64,000 bases of DNA from an uncultured Candidatus Sumerlaeota bacterium (GTDB lineage: Bacteria > Sumerlaeota > Sumerlaeia > MVZB01 > JAJFLK01), in assembly GCA_964463045.1 (NCBI GenBank), contig CAYXAU010000007.1:39916-103915 (forward strand), given 5' to 3'. This document shows, piece by piece, positions 51,418 through 59,432 of the stretch; the stretch's first letter is position 1, and the number at the start of each line of letters is the position of its first letter. The notes under the pieces were generated by a model that ran no database searches, was not told the DNA's origin, and was given only the letters and a program-made list of their open reading frames with translations. A program made the translations under genes and the position numbers.

Positions 51418-52800
51418 CTAAGACCGAGGCGGGAACTTGCTGTCGAATCGACGGGCCTCGGCCCCGGCCCGCTGCGCGCCCTGGAGAGCCTCCTCGGGGC
51501 GCTTCAGGCCTTCGAGCGCCGCCACGACTTCGTCCCCGACATCCGTCCGCCAAGCCTCCCAGAAATCGGGCTTGGGCTCGAACTGCGCCGAAGGAACTTC
51601 TCCCACCGGAACGGCGTAGGCGGGGTGTTCGTCCAGGAAGGCCCGATAAGCGGGCTGGGCGACGGCGGAGCGGCGAACGGGACAATAACCGGTCCGGATC
51701 GCCCACCGGGCCGCTCGATCGGGCTCCAGAATAAACTTCATGAAATCCCAGGCGACGGCCCGCTCCTCGGGCTCCCGATCGGCGAAAATGCCGACGTTCA
51801 TCCCCTGAAACAGCGTTCGGCGCGCCTCGGGCGAACCGGCCTCCGGCCGCGGGGTCGGGGCGGCGCGCCACTGAAAGCGCCCCGCGGCGAAGCGATCGTT
51901 GAACGGGAACGCCGCCGAGGAGTAGATGAACATGCCGACGAGCCCCGTGCCGAAGACGCTCGCCGGATAGGCGGCCTCCAAACGCGCCGCGCCGTCCCGA
52001 TGAATCAGATCGCTCAGGAAAGCCAGCGCACGGCGGGCTTCCGGTCTCAAAAGCGTCGGTTCCCAACGCGCGTCGAGGAAGCTCCCCCCCGCGCTGAAGA
52101 GGAGCGTGGCGAAGGATTCAAGCTGGGGACGAACGATCATGCCGCGGCAGGGGCGGCCATCCTCAGCCCGGAGCGAGGCGACGGCGCGGGCGATCTCGCG
52201 CAATTCTTCCCAGGTGCGCGGGGCTTCGCCGAACCCGGCCCGACGGAAGAGATCGACGTTATATTGAAGCACATAGGCGCTTTTGTTCATGGGGAGCGTG
52301 AGGAGGGACCCGCCCCATCGATTGTTTTCGAGGAAGCGGGGGAAAAAATCCGCCCGGTCGGTGGCGTCCCACCCCGTGGGGCCGCTGAGATGGCTCTCCA
52401 CGGCGTCGAGGCGTCCGCGATCGTAAAACCGCGTCGTCCAGCCCTCATACATCATCGAGAGCGGGGGAGGCCGACGGGCCGTCAAGGCCGCGATCAGTTT
52501 CTGGTAGAGGGTTCCGTAGACGCCCTGGAAGACCGGCAACACTCGCGCGTCGGAACGCCCGGCGTTGAATTCATCGGCGAAATCGGTCAGGAGCTCTTGA
52601 TGACCACGTTCTCCCATCGCATGCCAGAACTCGACGACCCGCGGTCCACGCCGCCGCCGCGAAGGGGCACAGGCACCGCTCCCCCAACCCAGGGCCGCTG
52701 CCCCCAGGCCCAGCAGGGCCTTTCGGCGGACGAGACCACGCCCCCCTCGGCGCGGTGCCCCAGGCATTGGGGCGGCCCTGGCGGGAGAAGGCGGTTTCAT
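51418..52800 (-). CDS. ABC-transporter extracellular solute-binding protein family 1 (sugar-type), Tat signal; orphan (no permease adjacent)
   Basis: Twin-arginine motif RRKALLGLGAAAL. SBP_bac_1-like fold length (460 aa). Confidence 0.8.
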   Translation of the reverse strand: MKPPSPARAAPMPGAPRRGGRGLVRRKALLGLGAAALGWGSGACAPSRRRRGPRVVEFWHAMGERGHQELLTDFADEFNAGRSDARVLPVFQGVYGTLYQKLIAALTARRPPPLSMMYEGWTTRFYDRGRLDAVESHLSGPTGWDATDRADFFPRFLENNRWGGSLLTLPMNKSAYVLQYNVDLFRRAGFGEAPRTWEELREIARAVASLRAEDGRPCRGMIVRPQLESFATLLFSAGGSFLDARWEPTLLRPEARRALAFLSDLIHRDGAARLEAAYPASVFGTGLVGMFIYSSAAFPFNDRFAAGRFQWRAAPTPRPEAGSPEARRTLFQGMNVGIFADREPEERAVAWDFMKFILEPDRAARWAIRTGYCPVRRSAVAQPAYRAFLDEHPAYAVPVGEVPSAQFEPKPDFWEAWRTDVGDEVVAALEGLKRPEEALQGAQRAGAEARRFDSKFPPRS

Positions 52801-52815
52801 CGTCCGCGGAGCGCC

Positions 52816-53844
52816 TCACTCCTCGACAGTCTTGAGCTCGAAGGCGTTCAGGAAGAAGCCAAGATCGCGCGGATCGTCGAGCCCGGCCTCGAGCTTGGGG
52901 TTCCAGATCGCCTCAAGTTCGAAGCGGAACAGATAAATCCCGCCGTCAAGAACGCGAGGCAGGGCAACATCGATGGTCGCGTGCTCGAACGGCTCGACCG
53001 TGAAGCGCGTCTGTTGAGCCCCAGCAGGGCCCGCGATCGTCAGCCGCACCACGCGAGATGCAATGGCCTGGGGCAGAAACCCATGCAACCGGAGCCCACT
53101 GTAGCGTTGATGCTCCGGTAGAGGGAGTTCGATCTCAAAGACCCGCTCCGTCCATCGATAATCGGCCGACGGAGGTCCTTCGGCCCGGAAAAACCCCGAC
53201 CGAAGGAAGTGTTGATCCCCAGCTGCCCCAACGTCGAGGAACAACGAGCCGAGCACGGCCAGGCTCAGCCGCTCCGCGTTCGCCGGCTGAGCGCTGACCC
53301 ACACCACGGCCACTCGAGGTCCGGCCTCCCAATCTTGCCCCGGAGAGGGGACGTAACGTGAGGGCAACCGGAGGGTCACGCCGGCCTCGTCCCGGCCTGG
53401 GGGCGCAAGAGCGCCCAGCAGCCTCTCGCCGGACCGCGCGGGAGCCCGAAGCGTCGGTCCGCCCGCCACGGCGTACTCGATGACTTCTCCCTCGGCCGGC
53501 TCAGACAGGTGAAGCCCCAGGAAGATGACGGTATATCGCGATCGCATGGCTTCGGGGAGGGGAAGGGCGATCGTCTGATCCTCGGCCGCCAGGCGGAGGC
53601 CCCGCTGAACGGGATGCGTGGGATGCGGCCATCCGGGCGGATGGACGAGCGGCCTCAGGGCCGGACCATCCCAAAGGCGGGGAGTCGGTTCTGGCATCAG
53701 CCGGAGAGGCTCCTCAGCGGGCGCAACAAGCGGGAGGAGACCCAGGGCCGAAAATGTGGCCCGCATCGTCAGGTCCTTCCGAAGCGAGCGCCGTCGGGGG
53801 TGCATGACAGAGGCACTTTGGGGCGGGGCGACAGCCACTGTCAA
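52816..53844 (-). CDS. Hypothetical secreted protein
   Basis: Probable start at MRATFSALGLLPLVAPA (signal peptide). No recognisable domain. It is located upstream of the SBP on the same strand. Confidence 0.4.
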   Translation of the reverse strand: MTVAVAPPQSASVMHPRRRSLRKDLTMRATFSALGLLPLVAPAEEPLRLMPEPTPRLWDGPALRPLVHPPGWPHPTHPVQRGLRLAAEDQTIALPLPEAMRSRYTVIFLGLHLSEPAEGEVIEYAVAGGPTLRAPARSGERLLGALAPPGRDEAGVTLRLPSRYVPSPGQDWEAGPRVAVVWVSAQPANAERLSLAVLGSLFLDVGAAGDQHFLRSGFFRAEGPPSADYRWTERVFEIELPLPEHQRYSGLRLHGFLPQAIASRVVRLTIAGPAGAQQTRFTVEPFEHATIDVALPRVLDGGIYLFRFELEAIWNPKLEAGLDDPRDLGFFLNAFELKTVEE

Positions 53845-53925
53845 TACGCCTTCAGCAGGGGGGGAGAAGCCTCACCCAATGAGATCGGCCATAGAAGTCT
53901 GGAACCAATTTGAGACTCAGTTTTC

Positions 53926-53938
53926 GTAAATGATATGG
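53926..53938 (+). promoter_or_regulatory. AT-rich Fur-box-like element in the divergent promoter region upstream of the Fur-family gene
   Basis: GTAAATGATATGG resembles half of the GATAATGATAATCATTATC Fur-box consensus. It lies in a locally AT-rich 160-bp divergent intergenic region. Confidence 0.2.
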
Positions 53939-54004
53939 GGTCCAACGAAAGCGCTTGCGAACGGGTCCGTTGGCGCGTAACCTTGAAACAGAGGCGTTTA
54001 GGCC

Positions 54005-54601
54005 ATGTTGGAAGAAGAGCAAAACTCAGGAACCCAGACGGCTGAGTCGCGTCGACTTGGGATTCAGGGCTTCGCCCAGTTTCTAAAGCGTTTTGGCTAT
54101 TTTCTGAAACTGCGAGGTCTAAGCCTGACCAGAGAACGCCAGCAGATCCTGGAGAAGATTTGCGACCTTTCCGGGCGGTTTACGGTTGATGACCTGTTCT
54201 TCGCCCTTCATGCCGCCGGCAGACGCATCAGCAAAGCCACCATCTACCGCACCGTCCAGTTGCTCCTGGAATGCCGGATCATCCGCGAGACGCCTCTGGG
54301 GGCGCGCCAGGGGGTCTACGAGCTGGCCGACGCCGGCCATTATCATGGCCACATGGTCTGCCAGCACTGTCACCGGCTGATCGAGTTTGGCGGGCCGACG
54401 CTGGAACGATTCGTCCACGAGGCCTCCGTCAGTCACCAGTTCCTGCCGCTCTCGGCGCAGATCAAATTCCTCGGCTTCTGCAACGAGTGCGTCAAGGCCA
54501 ATCCCCCGGCCCTGCGAGAACAAACCTGCGTCCCGTTCCTCAAGTACGCCCAAAGCCGTGAGGGAGCCGAACCCAAACCCGCCGAGGCGCCGGAGAATTG
54601 A
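54005..54601 (+). CDS. Fur-family metalloregulator (Fur/Zur/PerR type)
   Basis: N-terminal wHTH (LTRERQQILEKIC.....FTVDDL.......ISKATIYRTVQLL). Metal sites HYHGHMVCQHCHR and CNEC (structural Zn CxxC...CxxC). Confidence 0.85.
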   Translation: MLEEEQNSGTQTAESRRLGIQGFAQFLKRFGYFLKLRGLSLTRERQQILEKICDLSGRFTVDDLFFALHAAGRRISKATIYRTVQLLLECRIIRETPLGARQGVYELADAGHYHGHMVCQHCHRLIEFGGPTLERFVHEASVSHQFLPLSAQIKFLGFCNECVKANPPALREQTCVPFLKYAQSREGAEPKPAEAPEN

Positions 54602-54732
54602 CCCCGCGCCGGGCGCAAGGCGTTCAAGGGCGGCGTTCCGGCCGGGCGGCCGACGCGCGGCTCGCCGCGGCGGTCGCTCTTGCTTCCCCTGGGCAGCCTA
54701 TCGTCGGCGATCACCCTTGAGGCCTCTCAACG

Positions 54733-55518
54733 ATGGGCGACCTGAGCGAGTTCCCCCTAAGCCTTCGCGTTTTTCTGAAGGCGTATCCGTGGCGGCGAGT
54801 CGACCCGGTGCCTTGGGCGCCGCTGGGCAAGCCGCTGGCGCGGTGCCGCTTGGCGCTGGTTTCGAGCGCCGGCTTTGTCCGGCCCGGTCAGCCCCCTTTC
54901 GACGACTCCCGTCGAGGCGGGGACCCCACCTTCCGCCAGATCCCCGCCGAGACCGACGTTTCGACGCTCATCGACTGCCACCGGAGCAAGGCCTTCGATC
55001 ACAAGGGGCTGCGGGAGGACCCCAACCTGGCCTTCCCGCTGGACCGGCTGCGCGAGTTGGTCGAGGCAGGGCGGATCGGATCGCTCAACGGGCGGCATCT
55101 TTCCTTCATGGGGTCCCTCACCGTCGTAGGACCCTTCATCAAGGAGACGCTGCCGGAGGCGGCCGGCTGGCTGGTTACCGACCAGGTCGATGCCGCGCTG
55201 CTCGTACCGGTCTGACCGATGTGCAACCAGGCCGTCGGCCTGGCCGCCGCCGAACTGGAACGCCGCGGCATCTCGACCGTGACCCTTCAGCTCCTGCGCG
55301 AGGTTGCCGAGCGCGTGCGTCCCCCGCGGGCTCTCTTCGTTCCCTTTCGTCACGGTTATCCATTGGATAGTCCCGGCGATCCGGCCCGCCAACGGGCGGT
55401 CATTGAGGCGGCCCTCAAACTGCTTGAAGACCCGGCGCTCAGCCCGCCGGGGCTGGTGGACTACGCGCCTGGGGCGGTCGATGACTGCGGCGAGCCTGGC
55501 CCCGCGGCGGCATCGTAG
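54733..55518 (+). CDS. Candidate selenoprotein, glycine/betaine/sarcosine/D-proline reductase selenoprotein-B-like C-terminal domain; in-frame TGA (Sec) at 55213-55215
   Basis: ORFs 54733..55215 and 55219..55518 share a frame and are separated only by TGA, yielding ...ALLVPV-U-PMC-NQAVG... (UxxC). The patterns LALVSSAGFV, HKGLREDPN, ELERRGISTVTL and FVPFRHGYPLDSPGD resemble the GrdB/PrdB C-terminal region as recalled from memory. A hairpin lies 11 nt after the TGA. Confidence 0.5.
55227..55243 (+). other. SECIS-like hairpin immediately downstream of the in-frame UGA
   Basis: CCAGGC-CGUCG-GCCUGG (6-7 bp GC stem, loop containing G and U) begins exactly 11 nt after the UGA, matching the spacing of bacterial SECIS elements. 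Confidence 0.3.
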
Positions 55519-56612
55519 ACTTCGATCAGTTGGTCAGCCTGCCGGCGGGGGTCGCAGTGGGTCAGCACCCATCGGCGCCCCTCGGCGGCCATCGTCTTCA
55601 TCTCCTGCCGATGATCGAGCGCCCAGACCAGAGCCGAGTGGAGCGCCGGAGCGTCGTTGACCGGGACGAGCAGCCCCGTGCGCCGATCCTCGACGATCTC
55701 ACGATTGCCCGCGCAATCGGTCGAGATGACGGGAACCTCCATGGCGAGAGATTCGCGCAAGACGCCGGAAAGCCCCTCGCGTTCGACGGCCGCAACGACG
55801 GTGAACTCGGCGATCGAAACGAAACGGGGGACATCCGTCTGGTGGCCCACGAACCGACACCGATCGGCGATCCCGAACATCTGGGCAATCGGGCCAATCC
55901 GTTCGGGCACCCCCCGACCGAGAAAGATCGCGTAGACGGCGGGGCGCGCGGCCATGACCTCGGCCATGGCCTTCAGCAGGCACCCCAAACCCTTGGCCTT
56001 TCGATAAGCCGACAGGCTGACGAGCAGTCGGGCATCGTCGGGCAGCCCCAACTCGCCCCTGAGGGTCACATCGGGCGGACGGGGGGCGAACCGTTCCGGG
56101 TCGACGCTACCATAGACGACTTTCGTCTTCCGACCCAGGCCCGGGACAGCCCGTTCCAGGGACTCCCGCACGGCCTCGGCCACGGCGACGATGGCGCGCG
56201 TGCGCGAGGAGGCGAAGACCCGCCGCATCCGCCCTTCAAGCGGCTTCTCGGTGCCCCGCTGCGCCACTAAGGTCGGACGCCGAAGCCCCCACAGGGCCCA
56301 CCAGGCCGCCCACAAGGCTTCGTCCCGATGGGCATGGAGAACGTCGGCCCGGACCCGTCGGGCCTCGGCGCGCAGTTTCCACCAACCCCGCGGATGCGCC
56401 AGATCCACAGCCCCCACCTCGATCCCGCCCTCCCGGAGCGGCTCCCAGCTATCCCAATCCTGCCGCCGTCGCTTGAGCGAAGCCTTGGGGTCGAGATTGA
56501 CGACGACGCGGACTTGGTGGCCCAGGCGGACCTGAGCCGTCGCCATCCGGATCAGTTGGACGGCCCCGCCTCGATGAACGCCAAAATGACTCGCCACGTG
56601 AACAATGCGCAT
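55461..56612 (-). CDS. Glycosyltransferase family 4
   Basis: MRIVHVASHFGVHRGGAVQ is a GT4 N-terminal Rossmann start. The C-terminus has E...E (EGLSGVLRESLAMEVPVISTDCAGNREIV). The 200-codon upstream extension in the ORF track (to 57212) is rejected. Confidence 0.8.
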   Translation of the reverse strand: MRIVHVASHFGVHRGGAVQLIRMATAQVRLGHQVRVVVNLDPKASLKRRRQDWDSWEPLREGGIEVGAVDLAHPRGWWKLRAEARRVRADVLHAHRDEALWAAWWALWGLRRPTLVAQRGTEKPLEGRMRRVFASSRTRAIVAVAEAVRESLERAVPGLGRKTKVVYGSVDPERFAPRPPDVTLRGELGLPDDARLLVSLSAYRKAKGLGCLLKAMAEVMAARPAVYAIFLGRGVPERIGPIAQMFGIADRCRFVGHQTDVPRFVSIAEFTVVAAVEREGLSGVLRESLAMEVPVISTDCAGNREIVEDRRTGLLVPVNDAPALHSALVWALDHRQEMKTMAAEGRRWVLTHCDPRRQADQLIEVYDAAAGPGSPQSSTAPGA

Positions 56613-56635
56613 ATGGGCGCCCGCTGCCCCTGGGT

Positions 56636-57781
56636 CTAGGCGGCGTTGGCCAAGGGAATCGAGGGCGCCGCATGGCCCGCCAATTCGAGCAACCGGCGGG
56701 CCATGCGTTCGGTGGCGCGGCCGGGATCGTGAAAAATATGGGCGGCGGTGGCCTGTCGCTCGGCCGACAGGCGCCCGGGCTCGGCCAACTCCTCCCGGAC
56801 GGCCGGGCCAAGCTCGTCGGCTTCGCCGATGATGCGCCCCATCCGGCGGCCGTGCGTCCGGGTATCCATCGCCGAGCCGGGCATCCGGTCCCGCTGGGCG
56901 AGCAGTTTGGGGACGTCGACGAAGATGATCGGCCGATCCAGCAGGCAGTACTCGTAGGCGACGGAGCTGGCGTCGGTCACGAGCAGGTCGGCGGCGGCCA
57001 GAAGCGGCGTCACGTCGCTTCGCGTCGCCAGGCGGGACCGTGCGCCCAACGCCGGACCGATTTCCGTCCAGAGCGCCTCCAGCGTGATTCCCCGCGGCAG
57101 GTGCGGGTGATCGTGGAGCTTGAGGATGAGGTTGAAGCCCGTGGCCTCCAGGGCTCGAACCCCCGCCAGGCCCAGCAGCTCGAAGCTGTTGTGACGCGCG
57201 CCGGTCGGGCACCAGAGGATCGTCGGGCGGCCCGGATCGAGGCCAAACGTCGAGAGAACCTCGTCGCGGCGGAAGGCGCCGTTGACGAGTCGATCGAGCT
57301 TCGGCATGCCGATGAGCTCCATGCGCGGATCGCCGGGTTCGAGGATTCCCCGTTCGAGGTATTGCTCCATCATGTAGCGGCCGGGGAAGAAGAGTTTGTC
57401 AAAAGCTCGATATTCGGCCGAGACGGCGAAATTGCGGAAGGAGACGCCGTGGAAGATCTGGACGGCGAGGCGGGCTCGGCGCGGATGAATCTTCCGGTCT
57501 CGATTGGAGGTGACGAAAACGTCGTAGGGGTAGGGATCGGCGCCGCTCGTACGAACCAGATGAGCCGGATCGACGTCGAACTCGCCGAAGAGCCGTTCGT
57601 TCCAGTACTGGACCCGCTTGGGGCGCAACCATCCGATCAGCGGCCGGCGCCGGTATCGCCCGGAGCTCAAGCCGAGCCCAAGGCCGGGAACGCGCCTCAA
57701 AAGCTGATAGACCGGCTCAAACATCGCGAAATTGACGCGATGCTTGCCGCAGAAAAGGATCCACGGATGTTTCAGGCCCAT
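56636..57781 (-). CDS. CDP-glycerol glycerophosphotransferase (TagB/TagF)-like polyol-phosphate transferase
   Basis: Size and pattern (PTILWCPTGAR, LILKLHDHPH, LLVTDASSVAYEYCLLDRPIIF) resemble the Glyphos_transf family. The family call is from pattern memory only. Confidence 0.5.
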   Translation of the reverse strand: MGLKHPWILFCGKHRVNFAMFEPVYQLLRRVPGLGLGLSSGRYRRRPLIGWLRPKRVQYWNERLFGEFDVDPAHLVRTSGADPYPYDVFVTSNRDRKIHPRRARLAVQIFHGVSFRNFAVSAEYRAFDKLFFPGRYMMEQYLERGILEPGDPRMELIGMPKLDRLVNGAFRRDEVLSTFGLDPGRPTILWCPTGARHNSFELLGLAGVRALEATGFNLILKLHDHPHLPRGITLEALWTEIGPALGARSRLATRSDVTPLLAAADLLVTDASSVAYEYCLLDRPIIFVDVPKLLAQRDRMPGSAMDTRTHGRRMGRIIGEADELGPAVREELAEPGRLSAERQATAAHIFHDPGRATERMARRLLELAGHAAPSIPLANAA

Positions 57782-57823
57782 CGGTGGGGGAGGGGAAGGC
57801 CGGGGCCTTGCGCGCCGAACCGA

Positions 57824-58897
57824 TCAATCCAGCGGATCATCGGGGCCGGCGGCGTCTTTCGTGCAGCCATCGCAGATCAGACCCTTCACGTCGCCGTTGA
57901 GAAAGCGACGTCGATAGTCGGTGTAGACCGGACCTCGCCAGAGGCGGTCCAGCGGCTCCTTCGAGAGGTCGCCGACGACGCCGGTCTGTTCCCAATCGGC
58001 GCAGCATTGGACGAGCCGGCCGTCGTAGAGGACGTAAATCTGTTCGAAGAGCCGATTGCACCAGTCGAACGTCTGGAGGGCGTGGACGGCGATCTCGTCG
58101 GCTTTGATGCCGCGATGATGGCCTCGGTTTTCCAATTGATTGACGTTGATCTTGACCCCGCGGGCCGCCCAGAAGGCGCGAATCTCGCCCAGCCGATCGT
58201 GAATGTCCGTCGTATCGAGCATGACCACGCGCACGCGGATCTTGTAGCCGCCCGATCGGGCCATCTCCAGAAACCGCTCGATGTTCCGGAGCACACGGTC
58301 CAGCTTGATCCCCATGATCTTCTCGTAGACGACCGGATCGATCCCCTGGACCGAGAAGTTGAGCCGGTCCAGCCCCGCCTCCAGAAGCCCCTTGGCCATC
58401 CGTTCGGTCAGGAGCCCTCCGTGGGTGTTGATCTTGGTGAACTGCCACGGCTGCTTGCGGCGCGTGATGTAGGCGACCCGTTCGGGGAGTTCCGGATCGA
58501 GCATCGATTCGTTCATCAAGTAAGGGGAGAACCGCCGGACGCCCAGATCGACGCACTGATCGACGATCGAGCGGTAAAGATTCCAATCCATCCGGCGTCC
58601 CATGGGGATCTCCAGCTCCGTCTTCTTGTTCGGGCAGAAGACGCAGTTGGCGTTGCAGCCGGAGACGGTCTGGATCTGGACGGCTTTAGGGGCGTCCGGC
58701 ATCGGCTCGCGCCGCTTGAGATGCCGCAACGTGAGGCGCTCAAGGAGATGCCGCGAAAGCTCGGGAACGTAATACTTGGGGGGCATCGGAGCCGGTTGGC
58801 CGGGACGCGCGGGCAGGCTCGGAGGCCGAGGGCGGCCTCCCCCGTCGCCGCGCGGTCGCCGAGCCGCCAGTCTAGGCACCGTGCCGACCGGCGGCAA
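57824..58897 (-). CDS. Radical SAM protein with C-terminal SPASM/twitch-like Cys cluster
   Basis: CNANCVFC (Cx3Cx2C) near the N-terminus. The C-terminus has CC...C..C (VQCCADWE...LICDGCTKD). The likely true start is the internal Met (MPDAPKAVQIQT). Confidence 0.8.
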   Translation of the reverse strand: MPPVGTVPRLAARRPRGDGGGRPRPPSLPARPGQPAPMPPKYYVPELSRHLLERLTLRHLKRREPMPDAPKAVQIQTVSGCNANCVFCPNKKTELEIPMGRRMDWNLYRSIVDQCVDLGVRRFSPYLMNESMLDPELPERVAYITRRKQPWQFTKINTHGGLLTERMAKGLLEAGLDRLNFSVQGIDPVVYEKIMGIKLDRVLRNIERFLEMARSGGYKIRVRVVMLDTTDIHDRLGEIRAFWAARGVKINVNQLENRGHHRGIKADEIAVHALQTFDWCNRLFEQIYVLYDGRLVQCCADWEQTGVVGDLSKEPLDRLWRGPVYTDYRRRFLNGDVKGLICDGCTKDAAGPDDPLD

Positions 58898-59030
58898 GGG
58901 CTTTCCCTCGCCGGGGGCAGCCCAATTTCATTGAAAGCGCGCGGGGCGCAAACGAAAATGACGCGCGAGAAGCGGGCGGGAAATCTGCCAGGGGCGCCCT
59001 GAGGCCGCCCCACGGTTGTAGGAGGGCATC

Positions 59031-59423
59031 ATGAGGAAGTGGCTTTCGGGGGCGATCGTCGCCGCCCTGATCGGCGTCGGGATGATCCTGGGGTCGGCCG
59101 CGCTGGCGCAACGTCAGCAGCGCGTCACGGTCGTGGGTGACGTGGTCGACCTGGTCGGCCTGGCCATGCGCGGCCAGGGGGGGGATTACACGGCCGAGGC
59201 GATGAAGTTCCGCGTCGAGCACGGGTTTCCCGTCGGCCTGATCGAAGAAGAATCGGGGGCGGTCTATCTGGTCGTTTACCGGGACCCGGCCCCGGCGGCG
59301 CATCTGGAGACGGCCAATAAGACGTTGCTCCCGTTTGTCGGCAAGAAAGTCGCCGCACAGGGGCGCATCTACGAGGGCAAGGGCTACAAGGTCCTCGAAG
59401 TCGCCATCGTCGGGGAATACTGA
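59031..59423 (+). CDS. Hypothetical small secreted protein (130 aa)
   Basis: Signal peptide MRKWLSGAIVAALIGVGMILGSAALA with GGAGGG RBS. No Cys. Ends ...AIVGEY. It is divergent from the radical SAM gene. Confidence 0.45.
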   Translation: MRKWLSGAIVAALIGVGMILGSAALAQRQQRVTVVGDVVDLVGLAMRGQGGDYTAEAMKFRVEHGFPVGLIEEESGAVYLVVYRDPAPAAHLETANKTLLPFVGKKVAAQGRIYEGKGYKVLEVAIVGEY

Positions 59424-59432
59424 GCCGAAGCC

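Noticed and set aside
55219-55221. Alternative reading that 55219..55518 is an independent gene starting at the ATG 4 nt after the TGA.
   Set aside because: Not fully rejected, but judged less likely. There is no RBS. The ORF is only 99 aa, continuous in frame with the upstream ORF. The UxxC motif, the hairpin at 11 nt and the recalled GrdB-like similarity on both sides favour Sec read-through.
56613-57212. 200-codon N-terminal extension of the GT4 ORF, and the 25193..26039 extension of the acylase ORF over cdsA.
   Set aside because: Homology starts at internal Mets (MRIVHVASH at 56612; MRSGARSF at 26040). The extensions overlap adjacent genes and are Arg/Pro-rich.
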